Source: Octopus bimaculoides
Taxonomy: Eukaryota
Length of the DNA: 39,406 nt
Assembly: GCF_001194135.2 (NCBI RefSeq)
Contig: NC_068988.1
Span: 32,600,031-32,639,436 of the forward strand
Direction of reading: 5' to 3'
The translations under genes and the position numbers were made by a program. Positions 24,923-36,595 of the stretch are shown here, one piece after another. The notes beneath the pieces were generated by a model. It made no database searches. It saw only the letters and a list, made by a program, of their open reading frames with translations, and was not told the origin of the DNA. Positions within the stretch are counted from its first letter, which is position 1. Every line of letters starts with the position of its first letter.

Positions 24923-27380
24923 GTATATGACTTTGATTTAAGAATACGGTTTAGTTTAGCCACTATATTTTCCCAATATCTGCGCAATAATCTAAAACGG
25001 AGGATACAATTTTTTATGCATATATATTTATGATAATATTCCCCGCGTTGCTACATTTTATATAAGATAATAAAAGTTATTTTTCTTTTTTGATGTCGAA
25101 CCACACATATTATTTTGCTTCTCCATACAACAGGCAGAGTTATGAATATATGAGTTCTGTATGAGGTGAAAGCCTATAGCACGATGGACATAATACTGTC
25201 TGAAAGCATTTTACATATTTTTCAGAAACTTCCATTTAACCTACTCACCCAACATATCCAAGAACGATATGTTATTTTAATTATGCACTTAATGTACACT
25301 GCCTCATAAATTTGTTATAAATCAGAACTATTGTGTTTCTGCATAAAATAGTTGAAATTTAAAGTAAAATATGCTATGTCTTCTTTTAAGAGGTGCTGCT
25401 ATATTTACCTCTTTACGTTTTTCGTTAAGCGTTCTCCTTTATCATTGTAAGACATCATATATCGGTTTACTGTTTACAAATATATGCGGATATAGTAAGT
25501 ATTTACTGGAACAATAATGCAAGTAAGAGGGGTTATTCTTATTCTTAATACTAATATAGTTCTTTACCTTCAGATCAGAGGACCTGAAAGAAATTGAATA
25601 CAATAGTATAATGCAATGGAGTACTATAACTGAACCATTAATCTCCAATATTTAGTAACGCAAAATACAATATTTCCTTAGAAATGAAAGAAGGTAAGGT
25701 GTAATGTGTGTGAATGTGGTTCCTTTCTCACTCTAACACATCAAAGGAGTTCATAGAGAACCTCTCTTTGACATCATTTTTAATTTAACAAATTTACACA
25801 GACATGTAATGAACGATGACTTTTGAGATCGACAAATGCAGAAGGAAACAATGAATTGGAGAGTAATATATGTAAAATAAGCGATCGCTCTAAATGGAAT
25901 ACGTATCAAATAATAAAAAATAGAAAAATGAACCATTATATAAACCACAAACATATAAATATAATCAGAACAAAGATAGTGTAAGATATGAAGACATTTT
26001 TCTGAAAAGCAGTTTTAGACTACTAAAACAAGATCAAGTATGTATAAACACAAATGATTCTATTTGAATTCCTCTGTTAACATACAGAAGAAACTGAACG
26101 TTTTCTGTAAGAGTTCAGTTGTATGAAGCTTCTGCGATAGCAGAAGGAAGGACTGGATATAAACAATTAATTGATGTAGAAATATTGCTTCTGTCACTAT
26201 CATATTGTCTGAGTTGATAATATTTGGTACTTTGTTATATGGAATCCTGAAGGTTGAATGGCAAAGATTACCGTAAAGAGCCTGAGCACTCTCACAATTC
26301 TACTAAGCTACCTGCCTGATATTGTAGAAAGTCTGGTCAATGATATTTTAAATTATTGTCAAAGATATTTTAGATTATTGTTCAAAGAAAGAATAGAAGA
26401 CAGATTTTATGAAATAACACCTTCCATACTAATAAAGACAATTTTGTGAATAGGTGTTAAATACTTAAATGAATTGCATAACGCGATCACTTGACACTGT
26501 TTTGTGCGTATGTTAATATGTGTGTGATGTGTATCATTGTGTCTGTGTGTATACGTTGGTGTGTCAGTTAAAATTAAATACTAGCATACATTTAAAAGCT
26601 GTAATGTAGACGAACATTTTAATTGGAATTATTGTTCATACACTCAGGCATTTACTTCATTTCAAGTGTTTCTTGAAGTACATTTTCATCATTTCAGTGA
26701 CTATAGGTTTTCTTCATGTTATATACATAAGTGCTTACATCTTCGAAAATGTATTTCTTTACTGTACTGTAATGTTTATATTTCTTCATATACAATAACC
26801 AAATTTTCATTTACCTGTTCTTAAATTATATATTTACATCGATTTATTTTGTGGTATCTCGTTTATTATAACGAACTTATTGAAATGGTTATTTTTCAAT
26901 CCTTTCCAAAACAAGTCTCATACGGTTTTACTTCAGGAAGTCAAACATTCACTACACATTATACAATAGGTAGAATCCAAGGCAACAATTCTCAACATGA
27001 TTGATTTGCCATTGATGGATGCTAAATTTCATAGAATACTCAGAAAGTAAAATTGATCAAGAATACAGGCAAACATATATATATAATGGTAGCATCTACT
27101 TTAAAGTAACACAATTTCTATTTTGCGGAGATAAAAGTTGGCTTGTTAAAGTTGTGAAACTTAGGCCAATCAATCTAGCTGAGATAGATGATGGCCTTAC
27201 AATAAAATAGCAACTACTCAGGAGGTACTTCAGGATATAATTCGGATAGAAAAATTGCTACAGAAATGCTATCGTTTTTAAGGATGACGCAAGGCTCGTA
27301 TTTAACGATATAACTTATTTCCCTTGAAATAATCTGACTGCGGCTACAATTAATCATACAGCATTTCGTCAAAAAATGTC

Positions 27381-27416
<36 letters not shown>

Positions 27417-27471
27417 TTGTGTGTCTGTGTGTGCGCGAATACACACACACACACGCACACACATACACACA

Positions 27472-27545
<74 letters not shown>

Positions 27546-27554
27546 CATATGGTT

Positions 27555-28905
27555 GTCTACTCCTTATGCAGAGTTTGACCACCTCCAGTACTTACACCTT
27601 AGCACCATCATGGCATCTGATGTGGCTTTTTAACCAGACAAGTTTCTGAAAAGACTCCCACAGAGATTGCACATCCGATTTGGACTACCAAGAGCTGCAG
27701 ATAAGTTTTGATCTTTGTGGATCTCAAAATGTCTTTTCAGGCCTCCGTTAGATTTGAAAACCTTCTGGCATACACTGCATTCAAAGGTGTGCACATGCTT
27801 ATAGGGAGAATAGTTGGTGAGGGTTCGTTTTTCAGGGGTTTGTAGATGAGATTGCAGTCCAGCAAAAGACAGGTATTTTGTGTCACAGGCTGTGCACACG
27901 AAACGTCATTGTCGTTAAACTTCTCGTCGTTATTATAAAGCAATTATTGAAATGGTTATCTTTCAAACCTGTGTTTGGAGTAAAAGAACTCCATATAATT
28001 TTTAAACTCCGATGGAGTCATTTCTGGTGGAATTGTTCTAATAATTTAAAATGCCATTCATAACATATCTAAGTTTCATTGGAATACAACTGGGATGGTA
28101 AGGCAAATGATTTGAAAAGAGCCAGCTTTGTATTCTTATTTATATGCCGTTGGCGCCAAACGCGTGACTCTAAGCCACCACATGCTCGTGCTGCCCTTTG
28201 TTTTCGCAGCTGTGTTTCTGTATCAAGATTTCCATTATTTCGAACAGATCTCTCAAGGTAGTTGAACTAATCGACAACGTCAAGTAACTTACCCTCAACA
28301 AGAGTTTTAGTGGGGTTACAAATAGCACTACATGCAGGTCGATGCAGTGCAACTGGGTCTTTTTCAAGTTGATGGTCAAGCCAAAATCAATAAAAGCCGA
28401 GTCATATGCAGATCAAGAGATTGCAGACCTGTTTCAGAATGACCGACAAGGTCACAATCGTCAGCGTACAAATATTCTCTAGTGAGTGAAGTAAAAATTT
28501 CGCTTTGAATTTCAGTCTGGTCTGATTAAAAACATTCCCTGTTGCTCGATATTTTATGTATATCCCCTCCTCAGAGTTTTGAAAACATGTGACTACACAA
28601 CAGCAAAGTATACTGCAAAGAGGGTGGGTGCATCAAGAGCTCCTTCCTTTACACCATTTTTCACAAGATTCAGAGAGCCTACCACGAAAGTAAACTCTAG
28701 CCTTCATATTTTGATGCAATGCCCTGATCATGTCCACACATTTTTCTGGGCCTATTTTCCTTAGAATTATCCAGAGAGCAAATCAACAATTCAATGGTAT
28801 AGAGCAAGATTCTGTTCAATGCACTTTTGTTGCAATTGTCTGACAATAAAGATACAATCAGCTGTACCACTGGAGGAACGAAAACCACACTGAGATTCAT
28901 ACACT
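27555..28905 (-). mobile_element. Decayed RTE-clade (BovB-like) LINE with C-terminal C2H2 fingers and a microsatellite tail
   Basis: ESQCGFR, IFIVRQLQQKCIEQN, NGVKEG..APTLF, GIYIKYR, YLYADDC (28457-28468), FGLTINLKKT and LLEQFHQ, then three C2H2-type motifs at about 27600-27900 and (TA/TG)n. Confidence 0.88.
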
Positions 28906-29009
28906 ATATTTGGAACTATAAAGGTATTTAGACATTCTAACAAAATGCGTTAGATATTTGTAAATATGTATATATCTTTTTTCTTTTATGTATATATATA
29001 TATATATAT

Positions 29010-29692
29010 ATATGCGAAGAGTACGTCAATAGAAGAAAATATAATGAAGTTTGTCTACGGGGATTTACACGGAAAATGTGAAAGTAATTGTTATAGATAA
29101 CGAGAGGTATATCAGGTTAAATGAAATGTTTGGAAGGCATATTGATACAACGGGAATAAGGTAAGATGTGTGAATAAGAATTAAATATAGATAATATTTA
29201 AAAATATAAAAAAGTAATAGATATGCACTTGAAAATATAATATTATGCATATATATATATATATATATATATANNNNNNNNNNNNNNNNNNNNNNNNNNN
29301 NNNNNNNNNNNNNNNNNNNNNNNNNNNNNNNNNNNNNNNNNNNNNNNNNNNNNNNNNNNNNNNNNNNNNNNNNNNNNNNNNNNNNNNNNNNNNNNNNNNN
29401 NNNNNNNNNNNNNNNNNNNNNNNNNNNNNNNNNNNNNNNNNNNNNATATATGCATAATAGTATATCTTTCAAGTGCATATGTTTTACTTTTTTTATATTT
29501 ATAAATATTATCTATATTTAATTGTTATTCACACATCTTACCTTATACCCGTTGTATCAATATGCCTTCCAAACATTTCTTTTAACCTGTTATACCTCTC
29601 GTTATCTATAACAATTGCTTTCACATTTTCCGTGTAAATCTCCGTAGAAAAACTTCATTATCTTTTTTTCTATTGACGTGCTCTTCGCATAT
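29010..29692. repeat. Inverted repeat of about 245-bp arms (29010-29255 and 29446-29692) around (TA)n and an N gap
   Basis: Manual alignment shows roughly 16 differences over about 240 nt. Confidence 0.92.
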
Positions 29693-30350
29693 GTCACGAA
29701 ATTCCACTTATGCTTCATCGGCATTCTCATTTGTTTGTTTTTTCCTTGCTCCACACTTGGCGCCTTCATTCTGTCTTTCTCCTCTTCTATTTTAGTTAGC
29801 GTTACTGCTTCACTTTCATGCTGTTGTCTCTCTATACCACCCAAATCTTCCTCCTCCGTTAGTGTAGCTAGTAACCTTGCTACCGTGACCTCTTTCTCAA
29901 GCTCCTCCTCAAGCTCCTCCTCAAGCTCCTTCTCAAACTCCTTCTCAAACACATTTGCAACCTCCTTCTCAACATCCTTCTCAACCTCCTTATCCTCTTT
30001 TTCTCCTTTTCTGCCTCTCCGGTGGAGAGCTTACTCTTTCTTTTCTTTTTCGTTTTTAACCACTGTGAACGAGTCATCTGTGCTCACCGTCTCCTTTACA
30101 CCATCTTGTACCACTTCGTCCACCTTCTCTTGCTCTTCAGACAGTTCCATCAGTTGTTTCTCCTCTCTCTGGGGGCACCTCGCCTTCATATGGACTTTCC
30201 CCACCACATAGATAGCATATGGTAGGTCTACCCTACACTAACACTCTCAGCCTCACATCCTCTGGTAAAACTATTTCCTCCGCAATTTCATTTAAGTCCC
30301 TTGCTTGTTTAGCCATCTCTCTGCAATAACCACATCAATTTAACCTTTTG
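29538..30350 (-). pseudogene. L1/Tx1-type ORF1 relic (frameshifted CCHC knuckle, Glu-rich linker, C-terminal domain)
   Basis: DLNEIAEEIVLPEDVRLRVLV*GRPTICYLCGG/KVHMKARCP. The knuckle spans 30175-30217 (43 nt, i.e. one extra base). It parallels IDMPDGHILYLVVEGRRLRCYLC of the 1-2 kb copy. Ends ...MFGRHIDTTGIR* at 29538. Confidence 0.75.
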
Positions 30351-30384
30351 GTTCTCGTCAATTTCTGTATTACTTTACTAATTC

Positions 30385-30880
30385 AGTACTAATTTTTTTA
30401 TTAAGTGCTCAGGCTTTTACACAGAGGGGATAGCAGAAGGACAGACAAAACACCACAGTGGGGGGAAAACACAAAACGAATAAAAATGAGAAACAATGAT
30501 ATATAATAATTAAAAAAATGAAATGGCTGCATGAGCCGCACTCTCATGCAGTACCATTTGAACATTTTTACGCACAGTTTATAATCTTTTCTTTTCCTTT
30601 TTTTTTTCATTAGTATCGTTTTGTCCTCTCTTTAAAAAAAATTACTTCCTTTCATTTTAATATCTCATAAATGGTTCCAGTTCTCTTAATTCCACCACTG
30701 GCGGCAGTTCGACAAATTGCACCACAACTACCAGCGGGTCAATGTACCCACCGCACATTTCCGTTAGCCTGTTATACCTCTCTTTATCAATTACAATAGC
30801 CTTCAGATCTATATTTTCTGCGTTGATGTTTGGAGATTTTATGTACAGAACTATCGTATAGGTTGCATTAAGTTCTATAT
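30385..30880 (-). mobile_element. Probable 3' end of another L1/Tx1-related element: ORF1-like C-terminal segment, then UTR with hairpin and AATAAA/A-run
   Basis: About 75 open codons including AENIDLKAIVIDKERYNRLTEMCGGYID, homologous to ENVKAIVIDNERYNRLKEMFGRHID at 29.55-29.65 kb. aataaa at 30402-30397 runs into an A stretch. Confidence 0.45.
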
Positions 30881-31994
30881 CACATTTTTTATGTTAAACG
30901 TCTTTATATGACGTGTGGGCAGTACAGTTATATGGGCTTTTGTACGATTACGCACAGGATATACTTGCTATTAAAATTTAGTTCTTTGTGATATGTTTCA
31001 AGTAAGTAAAAATATATTTCTGAACAGTGATGTTCATAAATCCGAATCGGTTCCAGGTCTTTGAAGTAAATACATTTGTGGTGATTACTGTAGCTTAGAA
31101 TATGTAATGATTGGGTCCAGCACTGGTTTTGAGTGTTTGCAATTTACAGAAATACAACTTTTAATCACGCCGGGCACTTTGCATTAAAATTGCCACCAAA
31201 ACAAATGAGAAATGTTGATATTATCAAGAAGAATCATGACATCACCAGAGGTAATCGGAATCTTATACACACATAATATTAACAAAATGATCTATATATG
31301 GCATGTCATAACGGAATACGAAATAATCCTACAAAAATAAAACTTTATCTTGTAAAATCTTTGAAAAAACGTTATTCATTTCACTATGCATCTTACCCAG
31401 ATGAATAAAATTCGCCATAATCATCAGAAATAAATCATGATATAATTCTCCAGCATTCCTTACGCTTTTAAAGGAATACTGCATGTGCAAATCAACTGTT
31501 TGCCTTTAGATATGACAAAGTATTTTTGTTTTGTTTGCAGCGATTAAGTTATTTCTGTTTATCCCATCCCGAGTAAATTAAACCTTCAGTGTTTCTATTA
31601 TCCTCCGATCAGTCAATGTTTGACATCATATCTTTAAAAGATTATTTTGAATTTTACTTACCGCCTAGTTTCCTTTCCATTGTATCAAGATTTTATTCGA
31701 AAATATTGAGAAGGTGAAAAATGCTTTCATCATTCAAATTAGCATCTCTTTAGTGGGTGAATCCATAATGTTATAGATGTAGAGTAACGTGGCAATCGAT
31801 TCCTTACTTTATTTTGAAACCCCACACATGCTTAGGAAATATTCAAATGTTAAAATCTTATTAATCTAATACAAAAGATGCCAAAAGCAAAACAAAAACC
31901 AGAATCGCAATTACAACAAAAATGCCAAAAGCAATAGTAGTAATAGCAATAATAATAATAATAATACTAATAATAGTAATAATAATGATAATAA

Positions 31995-33225
31995 TTTCTT
32001 GAACCCCGAAACGAAAAATGTGAAAGAAATTCTGAAATACATAAAAAAAATCACAAAAACAAACAATTTGATGAAGGCAGCCAGTATTGTTGTAGCAGAA
32101 AATATAGGTGTTGATTTCAATAAAAAGAACATAGAAAGTCAAAGATTTTGGAGTGACACCTGGAACAAAGACAAGGTGCAGAGTCCTGCCACATGCGCAG
32201 AAGGGTTGCAAGCGTAAGGGAAGAGATACCAAGGATCAACTCCTGGTAGACAAAACTGTACTTAGAGATTGCATGGGGAGGAAAACTAACTTAGCCATGT
32301 CAAGGATCAATTATCGTAAGAAATACGATATGATCACACATTCTTGAATACTGGAATGTATTTGCTATTGAATCGAATGCTGAGTGATTGCTTGGAAAAA
32401 GTATGGTAAATTGGAGGACGGACCTGACAACATATAGAACGGACAATAGAAATCAGAAGCACTGATCTTTGTACTGTGCATGATATCACTAACATGGGTT
32501 CAAAAGCCACCATCAAAACTCAACAACTTGTTATTCATGGATGACCTCAAACTTTATGGTAAAGATGAATCCTAAGTCAGTTACCTCGTTGTATACTTTT
32601 AGTGCTGATATCAGAATGGATTTCAGAGTGAAAAAGTGTGGTGTGTCAATCTAGAAGAGAGGCAAAATCAAATGTGTGGACGGGCTAGCGATATCGTCAG
32701 GGATGGTTATGAAGCAGATAGAAGAGACACCTGGTGAAGGCTGGAGGGTATATCAGCCGAAACAGTGTGTTAACAATAAGCAAGATGATGGCAAATATCA
32801 GTCAAATGTAAATTATGTAAATAATGTACAACTCTCTTAAGTACAAAATTACCCGGCTATGGAAAACGGAGAAAGTGAAGATAGTGTCAATTATTGTTGG
32901 GTCCTAGAGTGCCCAGGAGAACTGTTACAGAAGGTTTGAATCTCCTAGATATATGAGTGAAGGATTGGAAAAAAATACAATTGCTTACTGATAGACATAG
33001 CCATCCATTCTCATCAAATCATTGTTAAAAAAGAACGGATAAATTGTCAAAGTAAAAATACCACGAAATTGAACTATTGAAGATGTGGGGCACGATGTTG
33101 AAAACCATACCAGTAATAATTGGAGCGTTCGGCATGGTAGAAGATGAAATGGACAAAAATGTAAAAGTTATATCCGGATCCTCACACTACACATTATTCC
33201 CAAAATAGCCCTGCGTATAATGTTG
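31995..33225 (+). mobile_element. Heavily deleted REL-endonuclease LINE (R4/Dong-like)
   Basis: [53 protein letters not shown] (FMDD 32534-32545), KKCGV, LLIDIAI and IPVIIGAFGMV. Starts beside an (AAT)n tract. Confidence 0.8.
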
Positions 33226-33254
33226 GTTTCTCCCTAGGTGTTCATTACTTGTCT

Positions 33255-33660
33255 GGACTCAGTCATCCTATCTTCTCATTCATCGTTAGTGATAATGTCC
33301 AATAGTGACCAGTGTGAAGCGAGGATAGCCTTTCAGAGCATGTGGCATCTATGCACTAAGATTTTGGAGTTTAACCATTCAGAGAGAACTGACAGGTGGC
33401 GGCACCATGAGAGCGTCCCATCTAACGCTTCAGTTGAACTGGTAGTCTGGAATGTAGAGACTTTGTGAGGATTAATCCCTGTTCCATGCAGTGTGAAAAA
33501 GATTTATGTGCAGCTCTTTCAGTAACTGCGATCTCGTTCTATACCGTATAGATGTTTCGAGCGGCTTTGATAGTTTTGGTTGATGTAGGACATTGAATCA
33601 AATGGAAGCGAAGCAAATGTTTGAAATTTCCATTTGTTTCTACTCAGCACGCATTCGCAA
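33255..33660 (-). mobile_element. Decayed mariner-type transposase (N-terminal half)
   Basis: KAARNIYTV*NEIAVTERAAHKSF (HTH region), *MPHAL (like WVPHEL, about 33334-33351) and DIITNDE (like IITGDE, first catalytic Asp). No TIR identified. Confidence 0.65.
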
Positions 33661-35024
33661 TATGTAAAACAAAACTTGGATTGAAAATATAGAACTACAG
33701 AAAACTATAAAAGACTGCAAGGAATATATTTTTGTTTTAATTCAAATAGTATGTTTCGAGATGGACAAAGTTCGTGTTGTAAACAGGAAAACTGGAATGT
33801 ACTTTTCGAACCCTTAATAACAGAAACTATCGACTGGTTATGATTGAGCTGTCCAAATACGAAAATGCCAAAAAATGTTATGCTGCAATAAAGATAGTTG
33901 TCGATGTAATGCAAAAGTGATAACATGGCAAGAGAAAATTATTAGCTTGTTTAATAAAAATAAAGCTGTTTCTTCTGGTTATACATTAATAATATATGGG
34001 CAGTTTACCTTCGAAGTATAAAGCAAACTTAAAGACGTAAACAAAATTTCATTCATAAAATCTTCGCAAAAAATCACAAAACAACCTTGCTTCCAAACTT
34101 TATGAGATGTTAAGATTGTTTCGTGTTAGATTCATCGGAGAAGGTATTTGAATGATCAGTTATAAGAAAATAACCCTGGAAATTATAAGATGTAAATATA
34201 TCATAAAAAAAGAATGCTAATATATTCTTTGATCAATGCTTTTCATAAAATAAAACGGTAGAAATATGGAAACAGAAAATGCCATGGTAGCTATATATTA
34301 AATAAAAACTCGATAAGAAATATTACTTCAGAATTCATGGTATTCATTATAAAAAAAAAAAAAATCGTCGAAAATGTTCATGATGTATTTCGTTGGAAAT
34401 CTATTTTCTTTGCTTATGTATTTGATCAGAAAAAATCTTAGCCTTATATCATTTTCTTTTGTAGTGCTTGCTATAAAACTAAATCCATCGCATTAAATAT
34501 TCTGTTTGAAGATTATTGCTGTATTTAACCTTCCTTATATTTTCTACTTACTACCTATCTCTCTTAAATTCACCCGATTTTTATCTCCGTATTTTATTCC
34601 CCATATATCTAATAGGATCAGTTACATATGTTTTATTGCTATCGGATAATCAAGTGCATCAATTATTATCACTAAAAGTAGGAAAACGTAGTTATGATTT
34701 TCTCACGTCCAATTAATGGAGTTTTTGCAGAATATATACGGAAAGATTGCACTCGTCTAATTAATGGTACATATTGCAATAAAAAAAAATCTATGGTGTA
34801 ACAGCGGCAAAAAGTGTTATAAGGAGACCAGGTCTTGTGAAAATTCTGCATTCTGCATTCTGCACTAAGATAAACTTGACATGAACAGCAAAGCCACATT
34901 GTCATTTATTATTTTTGTCATAGATAACATTCTAATGATAAAAAGAAAACTCAGCCATAGAATATACTCAATGTTCTTAGACTATAATATATGCCTTAAT
35001 TCGGATTAGTATTAATCCAAATAA

Positions 35025-35237
35025 GGTGGTGAGCTAGTATAATCGTTAGCTCACCAGACAAAATGCTTAGCGGCATTTCATCTGTCTGCATTTTCTGAGT
35101 TCAAATTCCGCCGCGGTCGTCTTTCCTTTTCATCCTTTCGGAGTCGATTAAATAAATACTAATTGAACACTGACGTCGATGTAATCGACTTACTCTTCCC
35201 GAATTTCCTAGCCTTGTGCCAAAATTTGAGACCAATA
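35025..35237 (+). mobile_element. SINE with a Nin/Deu-like domain
   Basis: ggtggtgagctagtataatcgttagc...ttctgagttcaaattcc (B-box-like) ...gtcgtctttccttttcatcctttcggagtcg. Domain name from memory. Confidence 0.75.
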
Positions 35238-35319
35238 TCAGTACAAATGCTTATTCCAACACAGTTTTTCTAATAAGAAACATCACCTTAGTTATTAAAG
35301 AGAAGCAAATATGAAATAC

Positions 35320-35445
35320 CTATAGTACTTATTTTGTCGGTCCCTTTTGCCGAACCACTAGATTACGGGGACGTAAACACTCCAACGTAGGTTGTCAAGC
35401 GGTGGTGGAGGGCCAAACGCAGACACAAATAACAACTACATACAT
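35320..35445 (-). mobile_element. SINE body fragment (family of 16270-16612)
   Basis: gccgaaccactagattacggggacgtaaacactccaac...gttgtcaagcgg is similar to 16390-16470. Confidence 0.7.
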
Positions 35446-36595
35446 ACATACATACATTACGGAAAAATATGGATAAGTACTGTTTTTTACTTTGCTAAAG
35501 ATTTTCTACTATTTGAAAATAATATGTATTCTTGTTTTTTATATTATTCATTTGGTTCTTTATAGATTATTTTTAATAGATAACTTATTTAACACTAAAT
35601 TATTTAGAAGTTATAGTTTCATTTCAACATAATATTAGAACTTCGATTTGAAAAGTGTTGATATATTTTCGATTATTTTTGATTAATAGTATTTGATTAA
35701 TAATTAATCTGTATTGTTTATAATATCGTTACAGATTTTTAAAAATTAAAACTTTGTATATATATATAAAGTTTAATCTTTTATTCTTAATAATTTTTTC
35801 TTTCCTTATTTTTTCATTCATAATTTTTCCATTCATAATTTTTTCATTCATATTTTTATTNNNNNNNNNNNNNNNNNNNNNNNNNNNNNNNNNNNNNNNN
35901 NNNNNNNNNNNNNNNNNNNNNNNNNNNNNNNNNNNNNNNNNNNNNNNNNNNNNNNNNNNNNNNNNNNNNNNNNNNNNNNNNNNNNNNNNNNNNNNNNNNN
36001 NNNNNNNNNNNNNNNNNNNNNNNNNNNNNNNNNNNNNNNNNNNNNNNNNNNNNNNNNNNNNNNNNNNNNNNNNNNNNNNNNNNNNNNNNNNNNNNNNNNN
36101 NNNNNNNNNNNNNNNNNNNNNNNNNNNNNNNNNNNNNNNNNNNNNNNNNNNNNNNNNNNNNNNNNNNNNNNNNNNNNNNNNNNNNNNNNNNNNNNNNNNN
36201 NNNNNNNNNNNNNNNNNNNNNNNNNNNNNNNNNNNNNNNNNNNNNNNNNNNNNNNNNNNNNNNNNNNNNNNNNNNNNNNNNNNNNNNNNNNNNNNNNNNN
36301 NNNNNNNNNNNNNNNNNNNNNNNNNNNNNNNNNNNNNNNNNNNNNNNNNNNNNNNNNNNNNNNNNNNNNNNNNNNNNNNNNNNNNNNNNNNNNNNNNNNN
36401 NNNNNNNNNNNNNNNNNNNNNNNNNNNNNNNNNNNNNNNNNNNNNNNNNNNNNNNNNNNNNNNNNNNNNNNNNNNNNNNNNNNNNNNNNNNNNNNNNNNN
36501 NNNNNNNNNNNNNNNNNNNNNNNNNNNNNNNNNNNNNNNNNNNNNNNNNNNNNNNNNNNNNNNNNNNNNNNNNNNNNNNNNNNNNNNNNNNNNNN

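Larger units (their letters stand above)
3668..36595. other. Assembly gaps: 3668-4169, 8514-8625, 9110-9784, 13617-13803, 19460-20069, 20714-21607, 29274-29445, 35861-36595
   Basis: Runs of N, mostly bordered by (TA)n or (GT)n. The long X-containing ORFs are artefacts of these gaps. Confidence 0.99.

Noticed and set aside
25682-25693. 12-nt plus-strand micro-exon-like site (ccttag|AAATGAAAGAAG|gtaagg)
   Set aside because: Isolated, with no supporting plus-strand exons; expected by chance in 39 kb.
11232-27650. Many long ORFs of poly-L, poly-E, poly-H/T, poly-M/I and X runs
   Set aside because: They are translations of microsatellites and N gaps, not genes.
27630-27899. Host C2H2 zinc-finger gene
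   Set aside because: Collinear with RTE reverse-transcriptase remnants, lacks TGEKP linkers and is disrupted, so it is treated as part of the LINE.
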